Source: an uncultured Pelagibacteraceae bacterium
GTDB taxonomy: Bacteria > Pseudomonadota > Alphaproteobacteria > Pelagibacterales > Pelagibacteraceae
DNA: 64,000 nt
Direction of reading: 5' to 3'
Assembly: GCA_902525935.1 (NCBI GenBank)
Contig: CABZJA010000004.1
Span: 19,831-83,830, forward strand
Shown here: piece after piece, positions 42,094-51,517 of the stretch
How positions within the stretch are numbered: the stretch's first letter is position 1
How the letters are laid out: each line of letters begins with the position of its first letter
Notes under the pieces: generated by a model
The model's input: the letters and a program-made list of their open reading frames with translations, nothing else
What the model was told of the DNA's origin: nothing
The model's database searches: none
Translations under genes and position numbers: made by a program

Positions 42094-43806
42094 ATGAAAA
42101 ACCCTTTTGCAAACCTTTTTAAAAAAAATAGTAATAAGGATGCACCTTCTACTCCAACTCCAAAACCAGATACAAAGAAGAAAGAGGGATTTTTTAGCAA
42201 ACTACTAAAGAACCGGTTAGGCAAGTCATCTATCAAAGGAGAAGAAATTCTAGGTGTTGAGTTAACTCCAAACGAAATTAGGTTAGCACAAGTTTCAAGC
42301 AATAAAGCAAATCAGTGGGTTTTAGATAAATTTTATGTTCATAAATTTGAGGGAATATCAGATGGTGGAACAGTTTTAGATAATCAAGACAAAATTGCTG
42401 AAGAATTAAAATTAGCTTTATTAAAATCCAAAGTTAATACTACAAATGCGGCTATTGCAATTCCAGTTACTAGTGCGATCATAAGAGTAGTAACTGCTCC
42501 ATTAATGACAGATGAAGAATTAAGAAAAGCAATTGATACAGACTCATTGTGGGAAAATTTAGTTCAGCTTACAGATAACTTGGCAGATTATTCAATATTC
42601 CATCAAGTCATTAATAAAGATGAAAAAGCTAATACGATGGACATTCTATTTGTTGCCTCCAAGTTATCAGACATAAACAGTTATACAGCCATCATTAAAA
42701 AAGGTGGTTTAAATGCTGTAATTATAGATGTTAAGTGTTTTGCATTAAAATCTGCAGTCGATCAAATAAATCAAATAGCTGGATCTATAGAAGACTCAAA
42801 TTTAACTGCAGTTTTAGAATTTGGATTAGATGAAAACTATGTGATGATACTTTATGAAAACAATCCAATAATTACAGATATATTTATTAGATCTCAAGAT
42901 AGAAAAACTTTATCAGAAAGTAATAATCAAGAGGAAATGGATGCCCTTGTTAGAAGATACATGACGCAGGTTAAACAAGCTGTCCAAGACTTTGAAACAA
43001 AATATGAAAAAAGGATAAGAAATTTAAAAGTAACTTCTAATTTACCAAATGTTGAAGATTACCTAGCAAGCTTTAGAAAAAATATGGTTAATACTGGTTA
43101 TAATCTTTTTAATCCTTTTGATGGAATAAAAATTCCAGCTCAAATTGAGAATGAAGTTAACTCAAGTAACCCATCTTATTTTTCAACAGTAATGGGTTTG
43201 GCTTTTAGAAAATTAGATGTTTTTGGATATTATAAATTTGTAACAGCAGTTAAAAATATTAACTTATTACCTAATAGGGAAAGCATGATTGCACAAAAAA
43301 AAGCAAAAGCTTTCTCAAACTTTGCTTTTAAAGGTATCGCAGGAATTGTTGCAATAATTTATATTGTCCTGTTTGGATTTTCATTCTGGCAAATATCAGA
43401 TTTAAATAAAAAAATTGACGGATACGATCAAATTGTTCAAACTCATTCGGAAAGATCAAATCAATTTAATAAGGTCTTGAAGGAAAAAAAGATGATGGAT
43501 AAATCTTTAGAGTTAAGTAACTCGATAAAATCTAATAAAACAGTTAGTTTCAGAGTTTTGGCACAAATAGCATCAGCTGTACCAAAAAGAGTAAAATTTG
43601 ACTCTATTGAATACAATGGGTCAAACCTAATAGTTATAGAAGGTACAGCATTTAGTGATCAAGATATTTTAAAACTAATAAGTAATTTAAATAACAAAAA
43701 ATTAATTTCACAAGCATCATTAGCAAGTATGACTCTTCCAAATGACCAGCAAGGTTCGCAAACAATGAAGGGTTTTAAAATAGCTTGTATACTGGAGGCA
43801 GTATAA
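42094..43806 (+). CDS. pilM: PilM-PilN fusion protein
   Basis: Actin-like PilM part (LGVELT, GLAFR) continuing in frame into NINLLP + TM + PilN domain. Confidence 0.85.
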   Translation: MKNPFANLFKKNSNKDAPSTPTPKPDTKKKEGFFSKLLKNRLGKSSIKGEEILGVELTPNEIRLAQVSSNKANQWVLDKFYVHKFEGISDGGTVLDNQDKIAEELKLALLKSKVNTTNAAIAIPVTSAIIRVVTAPLMTDEELRKAIDTDSLWENLVQLTDNLADYSIFHQVINKDEKANTMDILFVASKLSDINSYTAIIKKGGLNAVIIDVKCFALKSAVDQINQIAGSIEDSNLTAVLEFGLDENYVMILYENNPIITDIFIRSQDRKTLSESNNQEEMDALVRRYMTQVKQAVQDFETKYEKRIRNLKVTSNLPNVEDYLASFRKNMVNTGYNLFNPFDGIKIPAQIENEVNSSNPSYFSTVMGLAFRKLDVFGYYKFVTAVKNINLLPNRESMIAQKKAKAFSNFAFKGIAGIVAIIYIVLFGFSFWQISDLNKKIDGYDQIVQTHSERSNQFNKVLKEKKMMDKSLELSNSIKSNKTVSFRVLAQIASAVPKRVKFDSIEYNGSNLIVIEGTAFSDQDILKLISNLNNKKLISQASLASMTLPNDQQGSQTMKGFKIACILEAV

Positions 43807-44444
43807 TGGATCTAAAAAACATGACTATGGATGATTTAAAACAAAAACTTTCTGGAGTTGATAAAAAAACTTTAATTAAGTTTGGAATAGGTTTCGGAGC
43901 AATTTTAATATTTTTAATAATTTATTATGTTGTTTTAAATCCAATGGTTAAGGAAAGAAAAGCAAAATTTGAAGACAAAATACAAAAAGAAAATGAAATT
44001 ACAGAATTTGAAAATAATATTATCTCATTGACAAAAACAATAAAAAAAATGAAACCACAATTTGAGGAGACATCAACATTGTTTCATTCAAAAGCAGAAG
44101 TTGAAGATCTGTATCAAAGTTTGAGTAAGCATGCAGCTGTCAATGGTTTAGTCATTTCTAAAATTGAAAAAAAAGATCCTAAACCTGTTTTAAAAGTTGG
44201 GATGACAGAACAGTCAGCTGAAAACCTTCAAAAAGAAATGGTATCTTATTATAAAATTCCTGTTGATTATGAAATCAAAGGGAACTTTTTAGGCTATATT
44301 AAGTTCAAAAGAGCAGTATCTAAGCAAAAAAAAATGTTAAATTTTGACAAAGAGACAATAAGTGTAGTACAAAATGATTCAACTGGAGCGATAGTGGCTA
44401 CTGGTGAATTAACAATTGTAGGTATGCCTAATGAATTTTTTTAA
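43806..44444 (+). CDS. pilO: PilO-like alignment protein
   Basis: TM + coiled coil, YYKIPVDYEIKGNF; TAATG overlap with pilMN. Confidence 0.8.
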   Translation: MDLKNMTMDDLKQKLSGVDKKTLIKFGIGFGAILIFLIIYYVVLNPMVKERKAKFEDKIQKENEITEFENNIISLTKTIKKMKPQFEETSTLFHSKAEVEDLYQSLSKHAAVNGLVISKIEKKDPKPVLKVGMTEQSAENLQKEMVSYYKIPVDYEIKGNFLGYIKFKRAVSKQKKMLNFDKETISVVQNDSTGAIVATGELTIVGMPNEFF

Positions 44445-44880
44445 GATTCTATTTATTATAAGTCTTTTGACTTTACCATCTATATCCTACTCGGATAGTC
44501 ACGATCAAAAACAAGAAGTATTGGATAAAGTAAAAGAGATTGCTAAGGAGATAGAGGAGGAGGAAGAGGTTCCTCTTAATGATCCATTTGCAGGTAATGA
44601 GGGTACCGGTTCTATGTCAGGTAATATTCCAGCGGATGAACAAGAAAATGAATTAAGTTTGTATAATTTTAAATTAGCAGGTCTTATATCGGGTAAAGAT
44701 TATAGTTATATTTCAATCGTAAACTCTGGTGGGGAAGTGTTAACTCTTAGCTTAGGTCAATTTTTAGGAAAAATACAATTAGTCGATCTAAGACTAACAG
44801 AGGCTATATTTAAAAAAGAAGATGGTAAATATATGATTATAGATTTTAATAATCAGGTAAGAGAGGCAGATGAATATTAA
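44431..44880 (+). CDS. PilP-like protein
   Basis: Signal peptide, NDPF motif, FKLAGLI beta domain; position between pilO and pilQ. Confidence 0.6.
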   Translation: MNFFKILFIISLLTLPSISYSDSHDQKQEVLDKVKEIAKEIEEEEEVPLNDPFAGNEGTGSMSGNIPADEQENELSLYNFKLAGLISGKDYSYISIVNSGGEVLTLSLGQFLGKIQLVDLRLTEAIFKKEDGKYMIIDFNNQVREADEY

Positions 44881-46423
44881 AAAATTATCTACTTACTTTG
44901 GATTATTATTTATTTTATTTGTCCTAAGTGCTTGTCAAAACATTAAAAAATATGACAAACCTTTCAAACATAATACGCCATTAATTAAAGATAAAGGTGT
45001 AGTAGACGCAGGTAAATCTGAAATTTCTAAAACTTTAGAGATGGGTCCAAAACCAATTGAAGGTGATAATAGAAAACTTGGTAAAAGAAAAAAAATATCA
45101 TCTGAAGCTCAAAGAAATTACCTGATAATTTCTGATGACTATCCATTGTTAAAACAAAGAGTAACTCTAAAATTTAAAAATCTTGATTACAAAGAAACAA
45201 TGAAATTAATGGGTAAAATTGGTGAAATAAATATCTTAGTTGGAGATGAAGTAGCGGGAGCAATTTCTGCAGAACTCATAGATGTCCCGTGGGATAAAGC
45301 TTTTCAAGCATTATTAGATATGAAAAATTTTGCATCTGATGTTGATGTAGCAAGTAATTTAATAAGAATTCATTCTCCAGAAACTTTAACCGCTCAAGAA
45401 ACATACAAATCAGAAAGAGCACAAGCTGTTAAGAAAAAGGTTGAACTAGAAGATAGTGTTGAGCCAATATATTCAGAAATATTTAGATTATATTATATAA
45501 CACCAGCACAAGCTAAAGAGACAATTCAGGAATTGTTTTTACAGTCAGCAGGTGGGGACGGATCTTATTCTCCAATTCAAATTACCGAGGAGATCACAAC
45601 GCGTTCAATTATTGTTAGGGGTAAAGAGAAAGATTTAGATGTAGTTGATAAAGTTATTAAAGAAATAGATATAAGAACTAAACAAGTTTTAATAGAAGCT
45701 TTTATAGTTGAAGCAAACTCTGATTTTGAAAGAGCATTAGGATCTAGATTAGGTGGGTATTACAATAGAAGTGGAAATATTTCTGGGGGTACAGCTGCTT
45801 CTAGTAGCGGAAGTGCTTTTGGAACAGATTTAGATACTGCTGCTGGACTAGGATCATCAACTGATAGTATTGCTAATTTTCCTGTAACTGGTGCTACTAG
45901 TGGAATTGGAATTTTAAGACGAACAGGGTCAGGTGTTTTAAAAGCAGAAATAACTGCATTAGAAAGTATGGGAATGGGTAAAACTATTTCAAATCCAAAA
46001 GTATTTACTTTAGATAACCAATTGGCGACTGTTACTCAAGGTGAAGAAATACCTTATCAAACAACATCTGATGGAACAACCTCAACATCTTTTAAAGAGG
46101 CAGCATTAAAATTAGAAGTCACTCCAAGCATTATAGGTGATGGCAATGTTTTATTAACTATCAAAGTTAATAATGATACTCCAAATAGGACAGCTTCATC
46201 TGACGAACCTCCAATTAACAAAATGGAAATTGTTACAAAATTATTAGTTGCAGATGGTGACATAGTCGTAATTGGTGGAATAAAAAAGAACGTTGTTGCT
46301 AAAAATAAAAGCCAAACCCCAGGAATTGGAAATATGCCTGTAATTGGTAATCTCTTTAAAGGTAAGTCAAATTCTGATAACCTAGACGAGTTATTAGTAT
46401 TTATAGCACCAAGAATTTTATAA
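44870..46423 (+). CDS. pilQ: Type IV pilus secretin (lipoprotein, short form)
   Basis: LSAC lipobox, DVPWDKA, QVLIEAFIVE, LEVTP, ELLVFIAPRI. Confidence 0.93.
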   Translation: MNIKKLSTYFGLLFILFVLSACQNIKKYDKPFKHNTPLIKDKGVVDAGKSEISKTLEMGPKPIEGDNRKLGKRKKISSEAQRNYLIISDDYPLLKQRVTLKFKNLDYKETMKLMGKIGEINILVGDEVAGAISAELIDVPWDKAFQALLDMKNFASDVDVASNLIRIHSPETLTAQETYKSERAQAVKKKVELEDSVEPIYSEIFRLYYITPAQAKETIQELFLQSAGGDGSYSPIQITEEITTRSIIVRGKEKDLDVVDKVIKEIDIRTKQVLIEAFIVEANSDFERALGSRLGGYYNRSGNISGGTAASSSGSAFGTDLDTAAGLGSSTDSIANFPVTGATSGIGILRRTGSGVLKAEITALESMGMGKTISNPKVFTLDNQLATVTQGEEIPYQTTSDGTTSTSFKEAALKLEVTPSIIGDGNVLLTIKVNNDTPNRTASSDEPPINKMEIVTKLLVADGDIVVIGGIKKNVVAKNKSQTPGIGNMPVIGNLFKGKSNSDNLDELLVFIAPRIL

Positions 46424-48171
46424 TGATTAACATAAGTAGAGAGTCTGAGATTAATTTGATTAATATCTTAATAGACCAAGATATTATTTCAGGGAAAGAT
46501 TTAGCTGAAATAAAAAAAGTTTCTAGTGATGGAAACAAATCACAATTAGATGCGGTATTTGAATTAAATCTAACAGATGAACAAAAAATTTTAGATTTAT
46601 TAGTTCACGATCAGTCCCTAGATGTTGTTGATTTATCAATAATTGATGTGACTGAAGAATTAAAGGCTGTTCTTCCTTCAAATTATATAAATATGAATTT
46701 TATAGCACCATTTAAAATTGAGGGAAAAGTACTACATATTGCAATTTCTGATATTTCAAAATTAAGTTTGATGAGAAATTTAAGAACAATTACAAAAATG
46801 GATATTGAGTTACATGCAGCCAAAGTTTCAGATATTTCAAATTTTGTTGACAAGCTCTTGGCTGATGGTGAAAAAACAATATCTGACATTAGACAAACAA
46901 ATGCTGAAAAAACCAAAACCTTTGATTATGATGTTGACGAACAGGCTGAAGTTTTAGATAGCCAACCCGAAGAAGATATTGAAGCAATTGAAAACGAGTC
47001 TGAAGTTATTAAATTTAGTACAGCCGTTGTTGCTGATGCTATTAAATCAGGTGTATCTGATATTCACATTGAACCATACAGATTTTCATCAAGAGTAAGA
47101 TATAGATTAGACGGTATCCTTACAGAGCAAGAGCATTTTAAAAAATTTTTACACTCAAATTATGGTGCAGTTGTTACAAGATTTAAAATTATGGGAAAAT
47201 TGGACATTGCGGAAAGAAGACTTCCACAAGATGGAGCTATACCGTTTAAAATTGATGGAAAGGTAGTAGACTTACGATTATCAATTCTTCCTACTGCAAC
47301 GAATGAAAGAATTGTAATGAGGGTTCTAAATAAAGATGCAGGCGATATAAGTCTAGAGCAATTAAATTTTGAAGAAACAGATTTAAAAAATTTAAGAAAA
47401 GCAATTCATGGAACTCAAGGTTTGGTTTTGGTTACTGGTCCAACAGGTTCTGGTAAAACAACAACACTATATAGTATTTTAAAAGAGGTATCGAAACCTC
47501 ACTTAAACATATTAACTGCAGAAGATCCTGTTGAGTATGAATTAGATGGCGTTGGTCAAGTTCAGATCAAAGATGACATTGGTTTGAATTTTTCAACAGC
47601 CCTAAGGTCTTTTTTAAGGCAAGATCCAGAAATAATTCTTGTTGGTGAGATGAGGGATAAAGAAACAGTAGATATAGGTCTTAAAGCAGCATTAACAGGC
47701 CACTTGGTATTTAGCACTTTACACACTAATGATGCACCTAGTACCATTACAAGGTTGCAAAATATGGGTACACCAGATTATTTAATAAGTGCTGCTGTGA
47801 GTTTAGTATTAGCACAAAGGCTAGCTAGAAAAACATGCCCAGATTGTAGAGTGCCTGATGATGATATTACTCCGAAAGCACTTGCTGATTTTGGTTTTAC
47901 AGTGGAACAAGCATCTAGAGCTAAAGTTCAAAAAGGGAAAGGATGTCCAAAATGTAAAGATAGTGGTTATAAAGGTAGAATGGGAATTTATGAAATATTA
48001 AATGTTACAAAACCAATAAAAGAAGCAATATTAAGAAAAGCAACCACACCAGAATTAAAAGAAATTGCATCTAATGAAGGCTTTAGGACTATGCAGGACA
48101 TGGGAAGAGAATTAATTCTCACTGGCGATTTAAATTTTAGAGAATTTGATAGAGTGCTATCAGGAGAATAG
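46423..48171 (+). CDS. pilB: Type IV pilus extension ATPase
   Basis: SDIHIEP, RLPQDG, GPTGSGKT, LRQDP, CPDC...CPKC. Confidence 0.95.
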   Translation: MINISRESEINLINILIDQDIISGKDLAEIKKVSSDGNKSQLDAVFELNLTDEQKILDLLVHDQSLDVVDLSIIDVTEELKAVLPSNYINMNFIAPFKIEGKVLHIAISDISKLSLMRNLRTITKMDIELHAAKVSDISNFVDKLLADGEKTISDIRQTNAEKTKTFDYDVDEQAEVLDSQPEEDIEAIENESEVIKFSTAVVADAIKSGVSDIHIEPYRFSSRVRYRLDGILTEQEHFKKFLHSNYGAVVTRFKIMGKLDIAERRLPQDGAIPFKIDGKVVDLRLSILPTATNERIVMRVLNKDAGDISLEQLNFEETDLKNLRKAIHGTQGLVLVTGPTGSGKTTTLYSILKEVSKPHLNILTAEDPVEYELDGVGQVQIKDDIGLNFSTALRSFLRQDPEIILVGEMRDKETVDIGLKAALTGHLVFSTLHTNDAPSTITRLQNMGTPDYLISAAVSLVLAQRLARKTCPDCRVPDDDITPKALADFGFTVEQASRAKVQKGKGCPKCKDSGYKGRMGIYEILNVTKPIKEAILRKATTPELKEIASNEGFRTMQDMGRELILTGDLNFREFDRVLSGE

Positions 48172-48173
48172 TA

Positions 48174-49415
48174 ATGTCATCTGAAACATTCACATATAAA
48201 GGCATTTCAGCAGGAAAATATATCGAAGGTGAAATAGAAGCAATCAATCAAGAAGAGGCATCATATAAATTAAAAGAACAAAAAATAATAATTACAAACT
48301 TAATTAAAGTAAAAAAAAAGAAAGCTACTAAAGAAAAAGGCAAAAAAAGCAGTTTTTCTTTTGGTAAGAAAAAAGTTACTCCACAAGATGTAATGCTTTT
48401 TTCTAAGCAATTTGCAACGATGGTAAAAGCAGGTTTGCCAATATTAAATGTTTTAACAATGCTTAGAGACCAAATAGAACACCCAACTATGAAAGAGATA
48501 ATAGAAGATGTTAGAAAAAGTCTTGAAGGTGGAATAACTCTGTCTAAATGTTTTGAAAAATACCCAAAAATATTTGATAATATTTATATAAACTTAATTA
48601 AAGCTGGTGAAGCTAGTGGTAAATTAGATGATTTCTTACTTAAATTGGTAGTTTCATTAGAAAAAAGAGAAAAAGTAAAAAAAAAAATTAAAAGCGCCTT
48701 AACGTATCCTGTTGTTATGTTTACAGTTGCAATAACAGTAATGGTTTTTATGTTAATTAAAGTTGTACCGGTTTTTGCTGAGATGTATGAAGGTATGGGT
48801 GTTCCCCTACCAACCCCAACTGCAGTGATTATGACGGCAAGTAATTTTATGAGAGGATCTGGAGGTCTCACATTAGCTATTGTTAGTATAATTTTATTTG
48901 CAATATTTAAATACACAACAACTAAAATTCCAACTATTAGATATAAGTGGCATCAAAGAGTTCTCAAGATGCCAGTTTTTGGAGATATGATATTAAAATC
49001 ATTGATAGCTAGAGTTGCATTAATAATGGGTAATCTTAGTGCTGCAGGTGTTAATCTTTTGGAAAGTATAGAAATTGCAAAACAAGTAAGTAATAATGAT
49101 GTTGTTACTCAAGCTTTAGAAAATGTAAAAAAAGGTGTTTTTTCAGGAGACACTTTAACAAAACTATTTTTAAAAGAACCAGTTTTTCCTGCAACCTTTA
49201 GCCAGTTAATTTCTGTAGGAGAGCAGACGGGAAATTTAGATGAAATGTTTACATCTGTATCAGCTTATTATGAAGAAGAGTTTGATACAGCTGTAGATAA
49301 TATGTCGAGTTTAATTGAACCGATTATGATTGTATTTATGGGTACGATGATCGGTGGTTTGATGATAGCTATGTATTCACCAATCTTTAATGTTGGTGCA
49401 ATTATTGGAAGTTAA
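48174..49415 (+). CDS. pilC: Type IV pilus platform protein (GspF family)
   Basis: AGEASGKL, SALTYP, GEQTGNL, LIEPIM. Confidence 0.95.
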   Translation: MSSETFTYKGISAGKYIEGEIEAINQEEASYKLKEQKIIITNLIKVKKKKATKEKGKKSSFSFGKKKVTPQDVMLFSKQFATMVKAGLPILNVLTMLRDQIEHPTMKEIIEDVRKSLEGGITLSKCFEKYPKIFDNIYINLIKAGEASGKLDDFLLKLVVSLEKREKVKKKIKSALTYPVVMFTVAITVMVFMLIKVVPVFAEMYEGMGVPLPTPTAVIMTASNFMRGSGGLTLAIVSIILFAIFKYTTTKIPTIRYKWHQRVLKMPVFGDMILKSLIARVALIMGNLSAAGVNLLESIEIAKQVSNNDVVTQALENVKKGVFSGDTLTKLFLKEPVFPATFSQLISVGEQTGNLDEMFTSVSAYYEEEFDTAVDNMSSLIEPIMIVFMGTMIGGLMIAMYSPIFNVGAIIGS

Positions 49416-49840
49416 TAATCTATTTTTTTAGACAAAATTAAATGGTTAATCCAAGGCTTTTCACCTTCTTTAAATACCACTGCATCCATTATTTGTTGAA
49501 TAAAAAAAGTTCCAAGTCCACCTGGTTTAATATCATCAATTTTTCTGTGTCGAATTTTATCTTCTTCAACCGGTCTACCTTTGTCAAAAAAACCAATTTC
49601 TAAATTTCCATTTGCTAAAGAGATTTTAATCTCCATTTTATCCTCAGTATCTTCTCCTTGATAAGCATGTTTAACAATGTTCTGTGCTGCCTCTGCAATT
49701 GCTAATACCAATTCATCTTTTAAATCTTGATCTATATTTACTTTTTCAAAAACTTCTCTTGAAAAACTTCTTACGTCCTTTAAGCTTGATGAACTTACAA
49801 CAAAATCTCTCTGTTCTGATATTTGTGCAAGATTATTCAT
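49412..49840 (-). CDS. RsbW/SpoIIAB-like anti-sigma Ser kinase (HATPase_c_2)
   Basis: LAIAEAAQNIVKHAY, DKG, GGLGTFFIQQIMD. Confidence 0.9.
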   Translation of the reverse strand: MNNLAQISEQRDFVVSSSSLKDVRSFSREVFEKVNIDQDLKDELVLAIAEAAQNIVKHAYQGEDTEDKMEIKISLANGNLEIGFFDKGRPVEEDKIRHRKIDDIKPGGLGTFFIQQIMDAVVFKEGEKPWINHLILSKKIDY

Positions 49841-49843
49841 TAT

Positions 49844-50143
49844 TTATCCTAAGTTTAAAATTTGCTCCAGTTTTGCCATCATAATAACTTTCAAAACTGA
49901 TTTGCTTATATCTTTTAAAATGACTTTTGTTCCAAGTTCAGTTGCTTTTTGATGACTTTCAATTAGTACAGATATTCCAGACGAGTCCATGTATTGAACT
50001 TCTTTTAGATTTAGATGTACCTCTTTTTTTGCCTCAATAAGAGGCATTATAATTTCTTTTGCTTTTTCTGTTACATCCATATCAATTTCACCATCAAGGT
50101 GAACAATTGATATTCCGTTTTCTTCTGTAACTTTGTATGACAT
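49844..50143 (-). CDS. STAS anti-anti-sigma factor (RsbV/SpoIIAA-like)
   Basis: LDGEID, VQYMDSSGISVL with phosphorylatable Ser. Confidence 0.92.
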   Translation of the reverse strand: MSYKVTEENGISIVHLDGEIDMDVTEKAKEIIMPLIEAKKEVHLNLKEVQYMDSSGISVLIESHQKATELGTKVILKDISKSVLKVIMMAKLEQILNLG

Positions 50144-50287
50144 AAATATTAATATTTATTAAATTTCCCTGTGAAATCAACAAAAATGACCCATTTTGAA
50201 TATATATTATGTATGTAGATATTGACTTTTAAAAGATATAATTATTATGTATATACATATTTTTTATTTAAAATAGGATCATAAATT

Positions 50288-50758
50288 ATGAAAAAAAATA
50301 ATAAAGGTTTTACACTTATAGAATTATTAGTTGTTGTAGCCATCATCGGTATATTAGCTGCCGTTGGAGTTGTTGCATACTCTGGTTACACAAAGGGGGC
50401 AAAAAAATCCGCTGTTAAATCAAATCACGCAGCCATTCTTAAATATGTTGCAGCAGAACTTAAAAAATGTGAGATCGGTGAAACAGGTGTTATGAAAAAA
50501 GGTGGACAAAACAAATTAACTTGTAGTGACAGAAAAACAGCTAACAAAGTTGCTGATGGTGCTTTTGATGCATTGTCAACAGAGTTCAAAAATCCATACA
50601 ATACTGGTGCCTCTGCAATAGTTAAATCTACTCTAGGAGCATGTAATTCTACAACTGAAGGACAGACTAGCGTAGCCAATACAAATTCATTAGTTACAAT
50701 AAAGTCTTGCCCAGTTGATGGAGAAGCTCTTTTAGAGGGAACTGTCGACATAGAATAG
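50288..50758 (+). CDS. pilA: Type IVa pilin, probable major pilin
   Basis: KG|FTLIELLVVVAIIGILAA; own intergenic region and SD (TAGGA). Confidence 0.85.
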   Translation: MKKNNKGFTLIELLVVVAIIGILAAVGVVAYSGYTKGAKKSAVKSNHAAILKYVAAELKKCEIGETGVMKKGGQNKLTCSDRKTANKVADGAFDALSTEFKNPYNTGASAIVKSTLGACNSTTEGQTSVANTNSLVTIKSCPVDGEALLEGTVDIE

Positions 50759-50776
50759 CAAAAACAGAATATTTAA

Positions 50777-51196
50777 ATGACAACCAGAAGCTCAGGCTTT
50801 ACTTTAATTGAGCTTTTGGTTGTTGTTGCAATATTAGGAATAATAGCAGCAATAGGTATCGTTAGTTATAATGGCTACGTTTCATCTGCAAAAAGAAAAT
50901 CAGCAGAGAACATAATTTTACAAATATCTCTTGCGCAAGCAGAATATTTTTCTGATCGCGATGTCTATTACTATACTACTGGTTGTGATTTATCCGTAGA
51001 AAATGGTTCAAATGAAATTGAAAAAAACTTACTAGGGGAAGCTAATGTTATTTCTTCTAAAGATGAAGGTGGTTACACATTTTGTATAACAGGCGTTGCA
51101 ACTCAATATCAGATAAGAGCTAAGGAAGATAAAAAAGGTACACCTTGTGAACTTGAGTATAATGAAAAAATGAAATGGACTAGAAAGAACTGCTAG
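50777..51196 (+). CDS. PilE/ComP-like minor pilin
   Basis: SG|FTLIELLVV, AQAEYF, C-terminal Cys pair. Confidence 0.8.
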   Translation: MTTRSSGFTLIELLVVVAILGIIAAIGIVSYNGYVSSAKRKSAENIILQISLAQAEYFSDRDVYYYTTGCDLSVENGSNEIEKNLLGEANVISSKDEGGYTFCITGVATQYQIRAKEDKKGTPCELEYNEKMKWTRKNC

Positions 51197-51204
51197 TTTC
51201 AAAA

Positions 51205-51450
51205 ATGGAATTTCAGAAATATATAGAAAATATCAAATTAATTTTTTCAGGTAATTTATCAAAAAACTTTAAGATATATGCAACTGCAAGTTTAGCTTGG
51301 ATCATATTTATTGGATATCTAACTTGGTGGAATGGATTAAAAAGTCCAATGATAGATAAAAGCTTTAGATGGGATGAGTGGTTTTGGTTTGGGATTGTTC
51401 CAGCCCTTTCTCCTTATTTATTTTATTTTATTTGGAGAAAAAAAGAATAA
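51205..51450 (+). CDS. Small Trp-rich two-TM hypothetical protein
   Basis: 81 aa, two hydrophobic segments, FRWDEWFWFG. Confidence 0.7.
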   Translation: MEFQKYIENIKLIFSGNLSKNFKIYATASLAWIIFIGYLTWWNGLKSPMIDKSFRWDEWFWFGIVPALSPYLFYFIWRKKE

Positions 51451-51517
51451 CTAACCTATTTTGAACATCTACTTTCTATCATGAACTTTAAAATAAATAT
51501 AACCTCAAGAGGATGAA

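Noticed and set aside
42094-49415. Type II secretion system
   Set aside because: PilT, PilM/N/O, PilY1 and the FimU/PilVWX set indicate a type IVa pilus
50246-50259. 14-bp palindrome TATGTATATACATA upstream of the major pilin
   Set aside because: Almost all A/T in a TA-rich stretch; likely by chance without conservation data
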